Shown here piece after piece: positions 45,373-57,000 of a DNA stretch of 64,000 nt. How positions within the stretch are numbered: position 1 is the stretch's first letter; each line of letters starts with the position of its first letter. The translations under genes were made by a program, and so were the position numbers. The notes beneath the pieces were generated by a model. It was not told the DNA's origin. It searched no databases and saw nothing but the letters and a program-made list of their open reading frames with translations. Source of the stretch: Eutreptiella sp. 'Long Island Sound 2002' (taxonomy: Eukaryota > Protista > Euglenida); the NCBI GenBank assembly GCA_964036045.1, contig OZ038378.1, positions 170,314,001 through 170,378,000 on the forward strand, given 5' to 3'.

Positions 45373-48300
45373 CTCGCTCGCTCTCGGTCGCCATCCTTTC
45401 GCCCATCGCTCAGCCCCAACCCCCGTCACGACGATCCCCGGCTGCGATGGGACTGTAATATGGGCTCAGCGCGCATGCCTTGTGCATCCCAACTGCACCA
45501 TCGCATCGTCCAAGATGTGCCAAAATTTCTTCTTTCCTCCATCTGTCACAATGTAAAACTTGCCCAAGGCTGGCGAGCCCTTGTAGAGTGCCAGATACCC
45601 TGCGGAAGGCGAACAAACGGCATCCACGGAACCAAAAAACACCGCAAATGAGAGGAGGCACTTTGCGGCAGAGGGTCGGACGGGCTCGGTGTGAATGAAA
45701 AGTGTCCAGTCGAGAGTCGAGGGGTCACAGCCGCCTCCTGGAGGGAACATTCAATCGGAGAACCGACAATTGAGGGCCAGCACCAATTCGCTGCTGGAAA
45801 GGTAACGGAGCCTTCCCATGCCATGGCAACCCCACTCGTTCACTTGTGCGACTCTGAACAGCAACCGCTTTCATCATTATTCTGGTCTCGTCTGTTCCTC
45901 TCGCATTCTCTGTGTTCGTTCTGGCCAGTCGTTTCCTCCAGGCTGGATTCGAGCGACCCGTGTACCGCTCCCAGGTGTACCGCCCGTTAAGACTGGCAGG
46001 TGTTCTCCTAAGGGAAGTGCCTGCGCCGTACCTGGTATTCAGGTGTCCCGAGGATAGCGGGTGAATATTCCACTATGACTTCCCAGGAACACATTTCCAC
46101 TGCACTTTCATGTCCTATGGCCTGGGATGGGGTCCCCCTTTAACCCCCTCCCAAAAAATTGACAGCAAGTCTGGGCCATCACCAAAATTCATCCACCTAA
46201 ACTTTGTTCTCGCTTTTTTTTTTAAGGGAGACAATGTGGTGGATGTGCTGGTAATGGCGGGTGTCCGGGAGGAACAGGAAACTTCCCACCAATGCATCAT
46301 TTGCTCCCACAAATCGGACCGGAGTGCATACCCTGTCAAAGGCCCTCACGTCCATGCCCGCATGATATTCAAGAATTGCAAGTTCACGGTCATTCGCACC
46401 ATGGTAATGAACGCTCAGTCAAACATTCAGGCGCATGCCCAGCCCGGGGAAGTTGGAAAAAGACGGGGGGGGGTTTGGACAAAGTGGAAACAAAGTCAGC
46501 ACCTAGGATCAGCCCATGGCAGTAATTGTCAACGTGGCACACGGAGATTTCGTTCTCCCCGTCCCCGAAGATGCGGAGCTTCCCGTTGTAGCTGGCGCTG
46601 AGCAGATTTGGCAAAAACAGGGCATCCCTGGGGCCATAGACTTGATGGGGTGCCACGGCCACGGTCAGAAAGTCCTCTTCCTCATTGCAAGCCTCGCGCA
46701 GCGCCACCTCTCCAGCAGCTTTGCTCTCGGCGTAGTCCTGGAAAAGACGGGGAGACTGTCGGGGGTGAGTTTAGGTCAATGACCTGGAACTTGCACACAT
46801 GCAGCTCCTCACCACCCAGTTCTCCTGCAAATTCAGACAGAACAATAAAAGAGTGCCGGCCATTGACTTCACGGGAATGACAACTCAGCAACACAATCTG
46901 GAAATGCAATCAAATGCCACAACTTTGCTGGACCTGAATGTTTACTGGTTTCTGTGCATCCTGCCTGCTGGGAGTTCCGGAAATGGCATCTCGGCACTAT
47001 TAACCATGAAAGAATCAATGGAGGCGAGGCGTATTGGGGAAAAGACTGCCTGAAGTGGCAGGAAAATGAAATGAAAATGGCGAGGCTGAAGACTCAACTG
47101 CTGAACTGTCACACTTTGTGCCAACAGCAATACAACCACACGAGCGATGGGCGCACTTGTTGAAATTCTGGGGCACACCCACACCCACACACACAATGCG
47201 ACAATGCAAAAAGAAAATGACTGGCACAAACAAAGAGTATGTTATTATTTAGTCTTCATTCCAAAAAATTGCATTGATTCAAGCATTCACATCAGCGAGT
47301 GAAATATGTATCACTGATAAGTGCAAAGTGAAGTCACTATGGGAAGCGACTTCGGGGCGGAAAATGGTTGGGGGTGTGGTGTACATGGATATTCGATAAT
47401 GTTACCAAAGACGAATGGTGATCTGGACTTGCTGCAACCTAGGTTCATCCAAGTTTTCCCTCTCCATCAGCGAGCACCTTGGTGTGACGTCTCACTGACT
47501 TTGTTGACTTCTGTGAGGTGCAAGTTGCTGCACAAAGGGTCCATTCGTCGTATACCATCTCGGGATACCAATCACAAAAACAGCATAAAATGGTCCCACA
47601 TATGTACCCCGGATGGTAACATAGTCGACAAAATCAGAAATGAATGAGTGTACAACCGAGCAAGGAGGAAAGACCATGCTCCATTTGTGAGGGAACGAAG
47701 ATACGGTAGGGCACGTGGTGAGCTAGGAACAAAAACCAGCAAAGAGCAAATAGTGTGCTATGGCGGTGAGCAAACAATGCCAATATCGTGGATGCGAATG
47801 CTTGAATCAATGCAATTTTTTGGAATTACGACAAAATTGCAACATATTCTTTGTTGGAGCCAATCGTTTTCTTTTTTTTGCATTGTCGCACTGTGTCCTG
47901 CCTCACGCAGCGGTCACTATACTCCGCCTACAACACGAGGCCAATCTTAAACCCCCTTTCTTTTCCCTCAGTTTTGTCATCCTCCACTCTGCACTCCGTT
48001 GCTCGTGAGCAATTGAGGGGGCTAAAAGCACGGTGTCCTGTCTAGCAAAGTTTCCTCCGCATCATCATTTTTGGCAGTGTGAGTTCTGTGTCCGCTCACG
48101 GGCACCTAAACCCCCACACACCTGTAATTTCCCCCGCCAATCACACCTAGGGACCTACGGGCCCCACCAAAGCAATGATCTACCGATGAGCGTGAACCGG
48201 TTGTTTCTTCCACGGTTGCATCAACTAGTTATGTCTTCCAAAGCTGCATCAAGGAAGCCTACGCTAGTTTAAAAAAGCAAAAAAGTGGTTTTCGAGTGGG

Positions 48301-50762
48301 GGGGGGGTCCTGGATCCTTGTATATTGACCCCCTAACCCATGTCAGGGGTCCCCAACCATTTTCTGCCCTGAAGTTGCTTCCCATGTTGACTTCACTTTG
48401 CACGTGTATTAGTGATACATATTTTCACTCATTGTATGTTTTGCCAGCGGGTCCACAATTTCACGCCTTTTCCTAGTGTCGTCCGCGTCCATCCTTCAAT
48501 ACCGCAACCAGGCGTTGTGACCTCGGGGTTCAAACACGGGGCGCGGTCTGTATAGAGCGTGTCCGTAGTTGCATGCGTGCCAGTACAACCACTTTTGTAC
48601 TTCGGTGACATGTTATTGTTTTTTCTGCACCCATTTCTAACGAGTGCGTTTCGTGGCGTGGATAAGTGCATGTACTTCCTTACATGAGGGTGGTATCTTG
48701 GCACGAGGGTGATCGTTGGCACTCTGTCCGATTCAACAACATGTTTGGCCATGAACCAAGCCAATGCAAAGGTGGCGTCAAACTGATAACCTGGAACCTC
48801 CCTCAATCAATGGCTAACATGTGAAATGGGCCACATGCATCCCTGCTATTGAAGGATTGGGAAATATTGACAATTGAGGCAGCATGTTTGCGGGTAGGCT
48901 GGAGTGAAATGTGCCCAAAATGCGTTGCTAGGCAGCCTTGAAGCCTTGAGCTTGAAGTCTTGGTTCTCACAAGCCCACTCATCAACGACGTGCTGATAAT
49001 GATGCCGAAAGAACAAAATAAAATCACAAATCCCCGGACTACAAAATTGGAGTCAATCCACTTGGGATCATAGCAATGGAGGTATTGGAGTTGGCAAAAG
49101 AAATTTTGACAGTTTTTGTCACGTGCAGTGGCACTATCATATACTACGAACCGTTGCTTGTCTTGTCTAGGTCCGGGTTGCTGACGTACTTGTCCCTCAT
49201 GGGTTAGATAGATAGTTGTGTCCTGCAGTGCCACATTGGATAGGGGGACAGCACACACATTGTGGCAAAGTGTGAATTTTCACTCACTCACATCCAGAGC
49301 CACAAGCTCTTAGGCCCACAGACCCAGACACAACGCGTGGACCCGGATCCACACGCGCTCGCATTGGTCATGGGCAAGGTCCACCCGCTCAAACACGCGC
49401 ATGCGCGCACAAAAGACCCTTTCCTGGTCCTCCTCGTGCAGGCACGCGACCTGCAGGAACTTCTTGGGGATCTTCATTTGGTCCTCCCTCAAGCCTTCGA
49501 TATGACCACCATCCATGCGTGTGGATGGCGAGGAGGACATCACAATCCGCTTGCAGCCAAGTGCCTTGCATGCTTTGATGATGTTCAGGGTGCCTCGGTA
49601 ATTGACCGCCATGTACCTTTCAAGCGACCGCAAAAGGTTTGCAACAGTGGGTCGGGGCTTAGTGCGTTCAAGCGAGGGTCACGAAGGTCAAGGGTAGGAT
49701 GGGAATGACATGGCAGCCTGCAACAGCCTCAGCGGTCCGTTGTGGCCCGTTGCAGTGCAGGCAGGCAAGATGGGCAACCCGTCGTGGCCAAAATTTAGGT
49801 TGTGTTGCTATTGACACCCGAAATGAAATGAGCGCCCACGCGCCTTGATCCCGCTGTAAGTGGCGGGGGGTGGTCATGTGCACACAGCATTTTCACTACT
49901 AAAGGCGAGCATGGAAGCACATTTCGTCACTCGCACCTTACGTTGCTTGGGCTCTTGGGGGGATTTTAGGAAAGGGTGCAAACCTCTCCTTTGGATGGAA
50001 AGGCCCTACTAGGGCAGCAATGTGCCACACACAATCCACCCCAGGTCCCATTGCCTTCGCCACTTGCTCGTAATCCACCAAGTCTCCTTGCACGTAGTCC
50101 AGGCGAGGATCGTGACGGGCAAACTGCGGTTCACCACTAATGTCAAAGGATATCACCTTCTTGGCCCCTTGGTCAAGCAGCATTTCGCATAGCCGTTGCC
50201 CCACGAAACCGGAGCCCCCAGTGACAAAACATGTCAAACCCTGAAATGTAAGCGGGGTTAGACGAATTGCATCAAACCCATGCTCGTTCGACAATGAGCG
50301 CTGACAACATGGCCCGAGAGACCTTGTACCTTATACGGAATTCGAAGCACCATCGAACGTTGTGCTTGCCATAGTCAACATAGTTGTCCAAAACGTATCC
50401 CAAAACGCAAAATGGTTGATGGAACAAAGGGTGTCCCTAGCCACGGCTCAACGTGGCTGGATGCTTCTTGACCTTCGCCCCCCCTCCAACCCCCAAAGCT
50501 AGCCGGCTGGACATTGGGCCGGCTCGCCGGGTCGGCAACCGCCTCGAACCGTTGGAATCGGCCAGAGCTAGCTACCACTAGTGGGTTTGCTGGCTGAGTG
50601 GCCCCATTAGCCGGGCGTGGTAGTGTGTGATTGCACGTGCAACACATTCTCAACATGCATGAGCCACCCATCTCAAGACTAGCCCATGACAGTAGTCATG
50701 CGGTGTGGGTTGGGGTGCTATGAACAACGACATACTTCAACACTGGTCGGCTTGGTCGACAT
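42586..50762 (-). CDS. NSDHL: 3beta-hydroxysteroid dehydrogenase / sterol-4alpha-carboxylate 3-dehydrogenase (decarboxylating), NSDHL/ERG26-like, 368 aa; exons 50762-50736, 50240-49984, 49616-49451, 46737-46503, 45599-45479, 45079-44921, 42727-42586
   Basis: Seven phase-consistent exons total 1107 nt. Extended-SDR motifs: TGGSGFVG, VWHIAALVG, VNYRGT, SSSPS, catalytic YAESK, PHQVYGPRD, HVDN, FYIVTD, DLGYKP. C-terminal KKKD fits a dilysine ER-retrieval signal. Orthology within the 3beta-HSD family is inferred. Confidence 0.88.
44447..44757. repeat. 138-bp GC-rich tandem repeat (about 2.3 copies) in NSDHL intron 6
   Basis: cccagtgg anchors at about 44447, 44585 and 44723. Confidence 0.9.
45292..45370. 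repeat. (CT)n microsatellite
   Basis: Direct reading. It lies in the GC-AG intron. Confidence 0.98.
47197..47890. mobile_element. MITE/foldback-like element with about 100-bp imperfect inverted arms in NSDHL intron 3
   Basis: 47197-47293 (tgcgacaatgcaaaaa...ccaaaaaattgcattgattcaagcattc) is the reverse complement of 47791-47890. Confidence 0.65.
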
Positions 50763-53700
50763 TATTGTTCGAAGGAAGAAACAAGTAGGCCTGTGCACAA
50801 AAGGGTAGGAGGTGATATCTTTTGTGTCACTTTGCAATGTCATGGAAACTAGTGAGCCTTTTGTTGTTGTGTGGGTTGCTGTGTATCCTGTTCTCCACGT
50901 GTTGGGCCTGCAAGATGCCTTACTGTTGAGTTCCTTCACAAGGTTAAGCGGAGTCATCCGACCAACGGACGAAACGGAGTCTAACTATTGGACAGCATCC
51001 GAGGCCGCTATGAATGGCCGAAGGGGCGCACAAAATTGAAATGAGGATCAAACTGCGTGCCAATAGGACAGAAAGAAAGTGCCCAGCGGGCACACACACT
51101 TGCGATCCAAAATGTGCAGGAGGTGTTGGTATGTCCACCGTTACACATGGAACCAGATCACGCTGCAAGACAGACCAAAAGGCAAAAGAGCCTTTCCCGC
51201 GGTGTCAAGGAGTTCCATGCTTGGGTGGAACACCACAGCGAGTTCACAACAAAACAAGAACTGTGCCCAAGTGGACCAAACAACACATTCAGTTTTGGGG
51301 GCAACTGAAAATGGCCCAGAATCGGGAAATCGGAGTCCATTTTCGATGGCAATGCCCGGTCCGCATCGTGTAGAAGAACAGTGCTAAGCCACGAGTTCCC
51401 CAAGTTAAATATCCCCGCCGAGCTTCACAAAAAAAGCCTAAACGGGGCCTCCGATCGGTTGTTGCCAAGGGTGGCCTCGGAAGGCGTTGGAGACACGCGG
51501 AATGCCGCTCCCCAATTTCCAACAAAGGATCTGCGAGCATGGAGCAACCCCGGCTGGTCGGATGGTTTTTTTGCCACCCCTTGCACCCATTGCACAGTGG
51601 GTTGATTGTGGGTGGTGAGTGGCCAGCGAAACCGCCGAGTGCACCAAAAACTGAAAAACTATCGACGGCCAGGCTACACCCCCCACCCCTTACCCGGGCG
51701 TACTGTCGTCACAATTCGTGGACATCGCCAGCCATTGAAAATTTCTGCGTGAATTTACAGCGAAGAAGTCGAACCTCGCGTTAGAGAACGTACCGTGTCT
51801 CCTTAGATTTCCTCAGAGTCTCCTAGAGCATACATTGCTGTTCAAAGGGAATGTGTGGATTTTTCCGTTGCTGTTGGCTCGACATCGCGAAGGAGGTGTC
51901 GCGCGCTGCTCGTCGTTAGCTCCAGTTGTGCGAAATTTGACCTGTCTGTCCTTATTTCCGTATCCAACGCAAGGGTATTGTCCTTGATAAAATTCGTGTG
52001 TGTACTGATGCTGTGAATCCATTGGTGCTACATAGCCGCTCCATATGCTCGGAATATGAGAGGTAGTGGGCTCGGTGGGTAGGATGGGAGAGGAAATGGC
52101 ATCATTCGAGCAAATCCAATGAGTACGGAACTGGTTGGTATGCCAGACTACGGCGGTGAAAAATCATGCACACCCGTGCTCTACACCCCGCCCTTGTTTG
52201 CGCCCGGTGTTTATATCTCGACACGCCCTCATGCAAGACATGGGCGCGTATCCGTAGACCTATGTATCTATGCACACCTCATTGACATCTAGAGTGCATG
52301 TGCAGGGAGGGAATGGTATGCAACACCGTGATGGCTTGCAAGTGAAATTGCACACGGAAGAGGTCATACTCACACTTTCACGATGAACTTCTTCGACACG
52401 CCCTCTGGCCGAGCTCACTCCACATTACGGATTCACCCAAGTGCTCTGCGCATGTAAGCTTGTCTTGAGGTTGAGGTGTTGTGCATGACCGCACGCTTAG
52501 ATTCCTCTTAATGCGTTGCATTGTGACGCGTTCGGCATAGATCGACTTGAGGAAACCTTGTGGGTCAATGTAATCCATGCAGTCAATACGACTCTTGCTG
52601 TTGTGCCTTTTGCGTTTGCAACCAACCGAAGAGCTCCGCAAGTGCATAGGAAAATGGTGATAAGGACAAAAAAGTCCCCGTGAGACTCCTTGCCCAACTC
52701 ACTCGCAATCCCACACCGTTTCATCGTAATCAGTTTCAACTTTGTTTGCAACTTGCCGTGGCTTGATGTTAATGTTTGTGAAATAGCCTCAAGTGGAGAG
52801 GTTACCACCCCTTGTGTTTCTTCATGCGGGCATAGACCATACCATTTACCACGAAAGCACACATGCTTCTTTAGTTGAGAATCTATGGGTCAACTTACAT
52901 CACACGGTTAATGAATTCATGCAATACAAGTACCCGTCTTCCTCGTAGGTAAAACGATGAGTTGGGAGGAAGAGCACAATTGGGGTCCCATTCACGGCAT
53001 GCCCAAGGTCACAAGAACTAAGCGTGCTTAGAACGATCAAACGCACTCAAGAACATTCAAGCGGTGTCCCCCCGTGAAACTTACCTGAATGAGCCATTGG
53101 GGGGGGCACCACTTTTCTTTGTGTTGTCACGCGCTGACTTGCACCCCGTTGCCCTTCAGCTCACCGCACAGCAACCCCAAGGGGCACCACCGTCCGCTCC
53201 CGTGATCCTCGACGAACGAAGTCCTTGTGTCACTCCGTGGGGCTTCAATTGAGTGTATCGTGTCGGCGGTTGCACTCAAAGATACGCGGATTCGCGCTAC
53301 GACTTGTTGTTAAACGGTGACGGGGGGGGGTAGCAACCAACGAGCACACCAATCACACTTATGAAACGGCCATTAGCTATGCGCGGTAAAGAAGTAGGGC
53401 ACCCCTATCCATGAGCATGACACATAAACTCCAATGTGCAAGACACACGCCCCCAAAGGGTATGGTTCTTTCTCGCGAGATTGAGGATTCTCGGAAGGGG
53501 GACCCGTGCGAGAAGCGAAGAAAAGAAGTGCACGACAAAGGAGAGGTAGACGTGTTCACGAACGCGGAAAATTCGTCGAGGTGAATGAAATTTGATCGCG
53601 CGATAGCACAATTTCACAACGTTGCATCGGTGTATTGATGTATTGACGTGCACGCGAGAACTCACAAAGGCAAAACCACATTCCTCTGTGGCAAGCCAAC

Positions 53701-54014
53701 TACTTGTCATCGAAGCACACGCCTTGGGCCGTGTTACCTCCTAGTGGGCTTCGATGGGCGCCCTCCGCCGCCCGTCGTGGCATGCCGAGCACACCACGGA
53801 GTCGCCCACGTTGGGGGGGCGGTGCAAGCACCTGTGGAGCCGGAGACCTTCCGCTACGCAAAAAGTAGCACACGTCGGGCTTTGGGATTTGCCTTTTCCG
53901 ACAAGGGATGAACGGAATCGGGGGGGGACGCGCGTAAAAATGCATGGCAACGCTTCGCGATTTGCATAGATGTGTTGAAGATGTCATAATCTGCCGCGAG
54001 CAAGCGAGCACACC

Positions 54015-57000
54015 ATGGAGCTCATCGGAGGTTTGCTTCCGGGGAAGGGTTCAATCGGAGCCCCTCGGATGGCTACCGCTCGAGGGAGTCGTTCTCGTAC
54101 ATTGCAACTCATGGTTGACAACCTCAAGCCCAAATCGGAAGATTTGAGGTTTGCCCCACGTGATTGTTGAGTTCGTTGCCGATTTCGATACCGAAATCAT
54201 TGGCCACACTTGTTGAGTTGCTGCGGATTTCGGGAACAAGTGGCTCGAGCAATCCTTTCACAACCAAAACTTGCAAGAAGTGATTGAAAGGATTTAACTA
54301 TTCGGAGGCATCGCACACATTGCTTTTCCGTAGATTGAAAGCCGAACGCGACTTGCTTTCTTTCGTTTTGGAGGAGCTTCGTGGATCTCCACAGAACTTC
54401 ACAACCACTTTGGACGAGTTGAACGGTATCATTCATCAACAAGTGAACTCCCAAGTATGTTGTTGTGTGGGGCAACCAATTTAGATACACGACGTAACTT
54501 AACTTGTCCAAATCCTTCAATCCAATTTTTGGCACATGTGGTTCGCTACTAGTTGTACTTGATGGCCTCTAGTATCCATTGCTTTCGCCGCTGCATCATT
54601 TCTGGGGTGTTCTCGCGATATGTTTTTTGTTGTGGTAGGAGCAAGCGGAGTTGATGGCGGGAATTTTGGCTATTGACGTGCTTTTGCAAGTGGAGAACGA
54701 TGCCACACAACTCGCCATTTTCGGCTCTTATTTACGTTTGGCCCTTATCAATAGCGACCAAAGCACCGTTCCCGCCGTGGCATCGGTTTTGGGAAGACTC
54801 GTGAAGTGCGGTGGGATCCTGACCGCGGACGTTGTCGATCGAGAGGCGCGGAAGGCATTGGATTGGTGCGTCATGTTTCCTCTCTCTAGCTTCGCGGACG
54901 GGGGTCAATGCGTCAATCGTGTCCTTTTCCCCCGCATAGGCTACGATCGTCGGATACCAAGGACGCAAAGAAATATGCGGCGGTCGTGGTTTTAAAGGAG
55001 TTGGCCAATAACGCACCAACGATTTTCTATAATTTGGTGGAACACTTCACTTCGTGGATTTGGTACGTTCGTAGTCCGTTTGAGGGTGGTTTGAGGGAAA
55101 CGGTGTAGGAGATGGTGAGAATGAATGGTCTTGTGCCCGCCATAGTAGCCAATGCTCTGCCGATTCCTTGGCCCCGCAAACAAGTTTTGGGGCGTCGCGA
55201 CTTGGAGATAAGCTTGCCACCGTCGGTCGGCCTTCTCAATGGTATCATCATGATTGGTCCCATGTGTAGGTCTGCCGTGCGTGATACAAGCCTTCAAATT
55301 CGCGAAGGGGCTGCTGAAGCTGTTCGGTCCGTCCTAGAGATCATGGCCGAACGGGATTCCCGACACAACACGATTTGGTATTTTTTTGTTTTGACGACTG
55401 CGACTTGCACCTCTGCTACACGGTTGCCGTCAAAGATAGCGAGAATTGAATATGATGGCGTTCCCTCCCATGCACAATTTCTTGTTCGTCCATATTTGGG
55501 ATAGCTTGAAAAATATGCGTTGGCAACTACATGTCCGTTTGGTTTTTGGTCCGTTAATGGTGTTGTGATGAACGTGAAAGCGAAGGTTGTTAAGCGGGGC
55601 ACGAGACATCGTGATGTGCGTTGCCACGGTTAGTACCTCAATGCATTTGTGAACAATTGGTTTTGTCTACGCTTTTTCCCTCTTCCTTGTCTCGTTTGTT
55701 TCTTATACTCAAGGTACGATCATTTTTACGACAAGAGCCTAGAAGGCCTAGAGATGCGCTCCAACGAGTGTGTGCACGGGTCCCTCCTCGTCATTGCGGA
55801 GATCTTCAGAGCTCATCCCCCTCTCATCAATACAAAATATGAGATGATTTGTCAAAAAATCTTCAAAATACGGGATCACCCCAATAGATACGTGAAACAA
55901 GGGGTCATCGAGATCATCCCGTTCATGGCGAAGTACCGCGTGGAGACTTTCTGCCAAAAATTTGGGAATACTGCGATTCAGTACATCCTGGGTGTGGTCA
56001 AGAAGGATGCTGACAAGGTTTGCAACCCGGCGTATGCGGCGTTGGCGAAAATCGTCCGCATTGTGGGGAGCACGTTCCTACAGCCGTACGTGGAGCAGAT
56101 GCTGCAGCTAATCCAACAGACGTTGTCGTACGCGAAGGGTAAGCCGCACGTCCCAGAGGCATTGACTTGCCTCGCGAGCATCTGCACCGTCGTGAATGAG
56201 TACGCGGTGGAACAGCAGGTGGTGGCTCTCATGGACGACATCTTCAAGTGGCCCCTGACCATCACCCTGGCAGAAGCGTTGGCGGAGATCTCCCCGGCGT
56301 TCCCGACATTGGTGCGGCAGTTTCAAAAGAAGTTGCTGAACACCATCAGCTTGGCGCTGTGCACAGCCCCGTTCGGCTGCGGGCCTGCCACGTATGCCTC
56401 GGGCTATGACCGGACCCGGGCTATTACTGCGATGGGCCCCCTGGTGCCGGCATTCTCCCCCGTACATCAGACTCGGCCGGACGCGCAGGTGCCGCTTTTG
56501 CCTTTGCACAATGGCGTGTCCTTGCGTCCTCTGCTGCAACCGCTTGTGCCTCTGCGTCGGACACTTTGACTCGCTGTCACAGCTGCTTGCGCCTGCGTGT
56601 ACCACTTGTCCCTGCGGTTTTTTGCTCTGTGCCCTGACACTGCTTGCCCTGTGACGACAGGCGGACACCTCTCGAACACAGCACGAGAAGGTCCTCCTCG
56701 CGCTGCGCATGCTGCGGATGTACAATTTCGACCAGAATTCGCTCATTGAATTCGTGCGGGACGCCATCACGAACTTCATTGATGATGAGAGCCCCGCCAT
56801 CCGCAAGGAAGCCGCCTTGACGTGCTGCAAATTGGCCATTGACGAGCCGCCTGAAACCAACCAGAACGTTTTCGTGGATTCTCGGTACCGTAACCCGGAG
56901 CTGGCACAGTTCCCCCTCGTCCACTTTAACAGTAACGGCGGGGACCTCAAGTATCAGGTCCCCTTTTCTTGCTTCTGCTGTTGGGGCCGTTGTGGGTGCA

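Noticed and set aside
56108-56950. 280-aa minus-strand ORF
   Set aside because: Antisense shadow of TOR exons 6-7.
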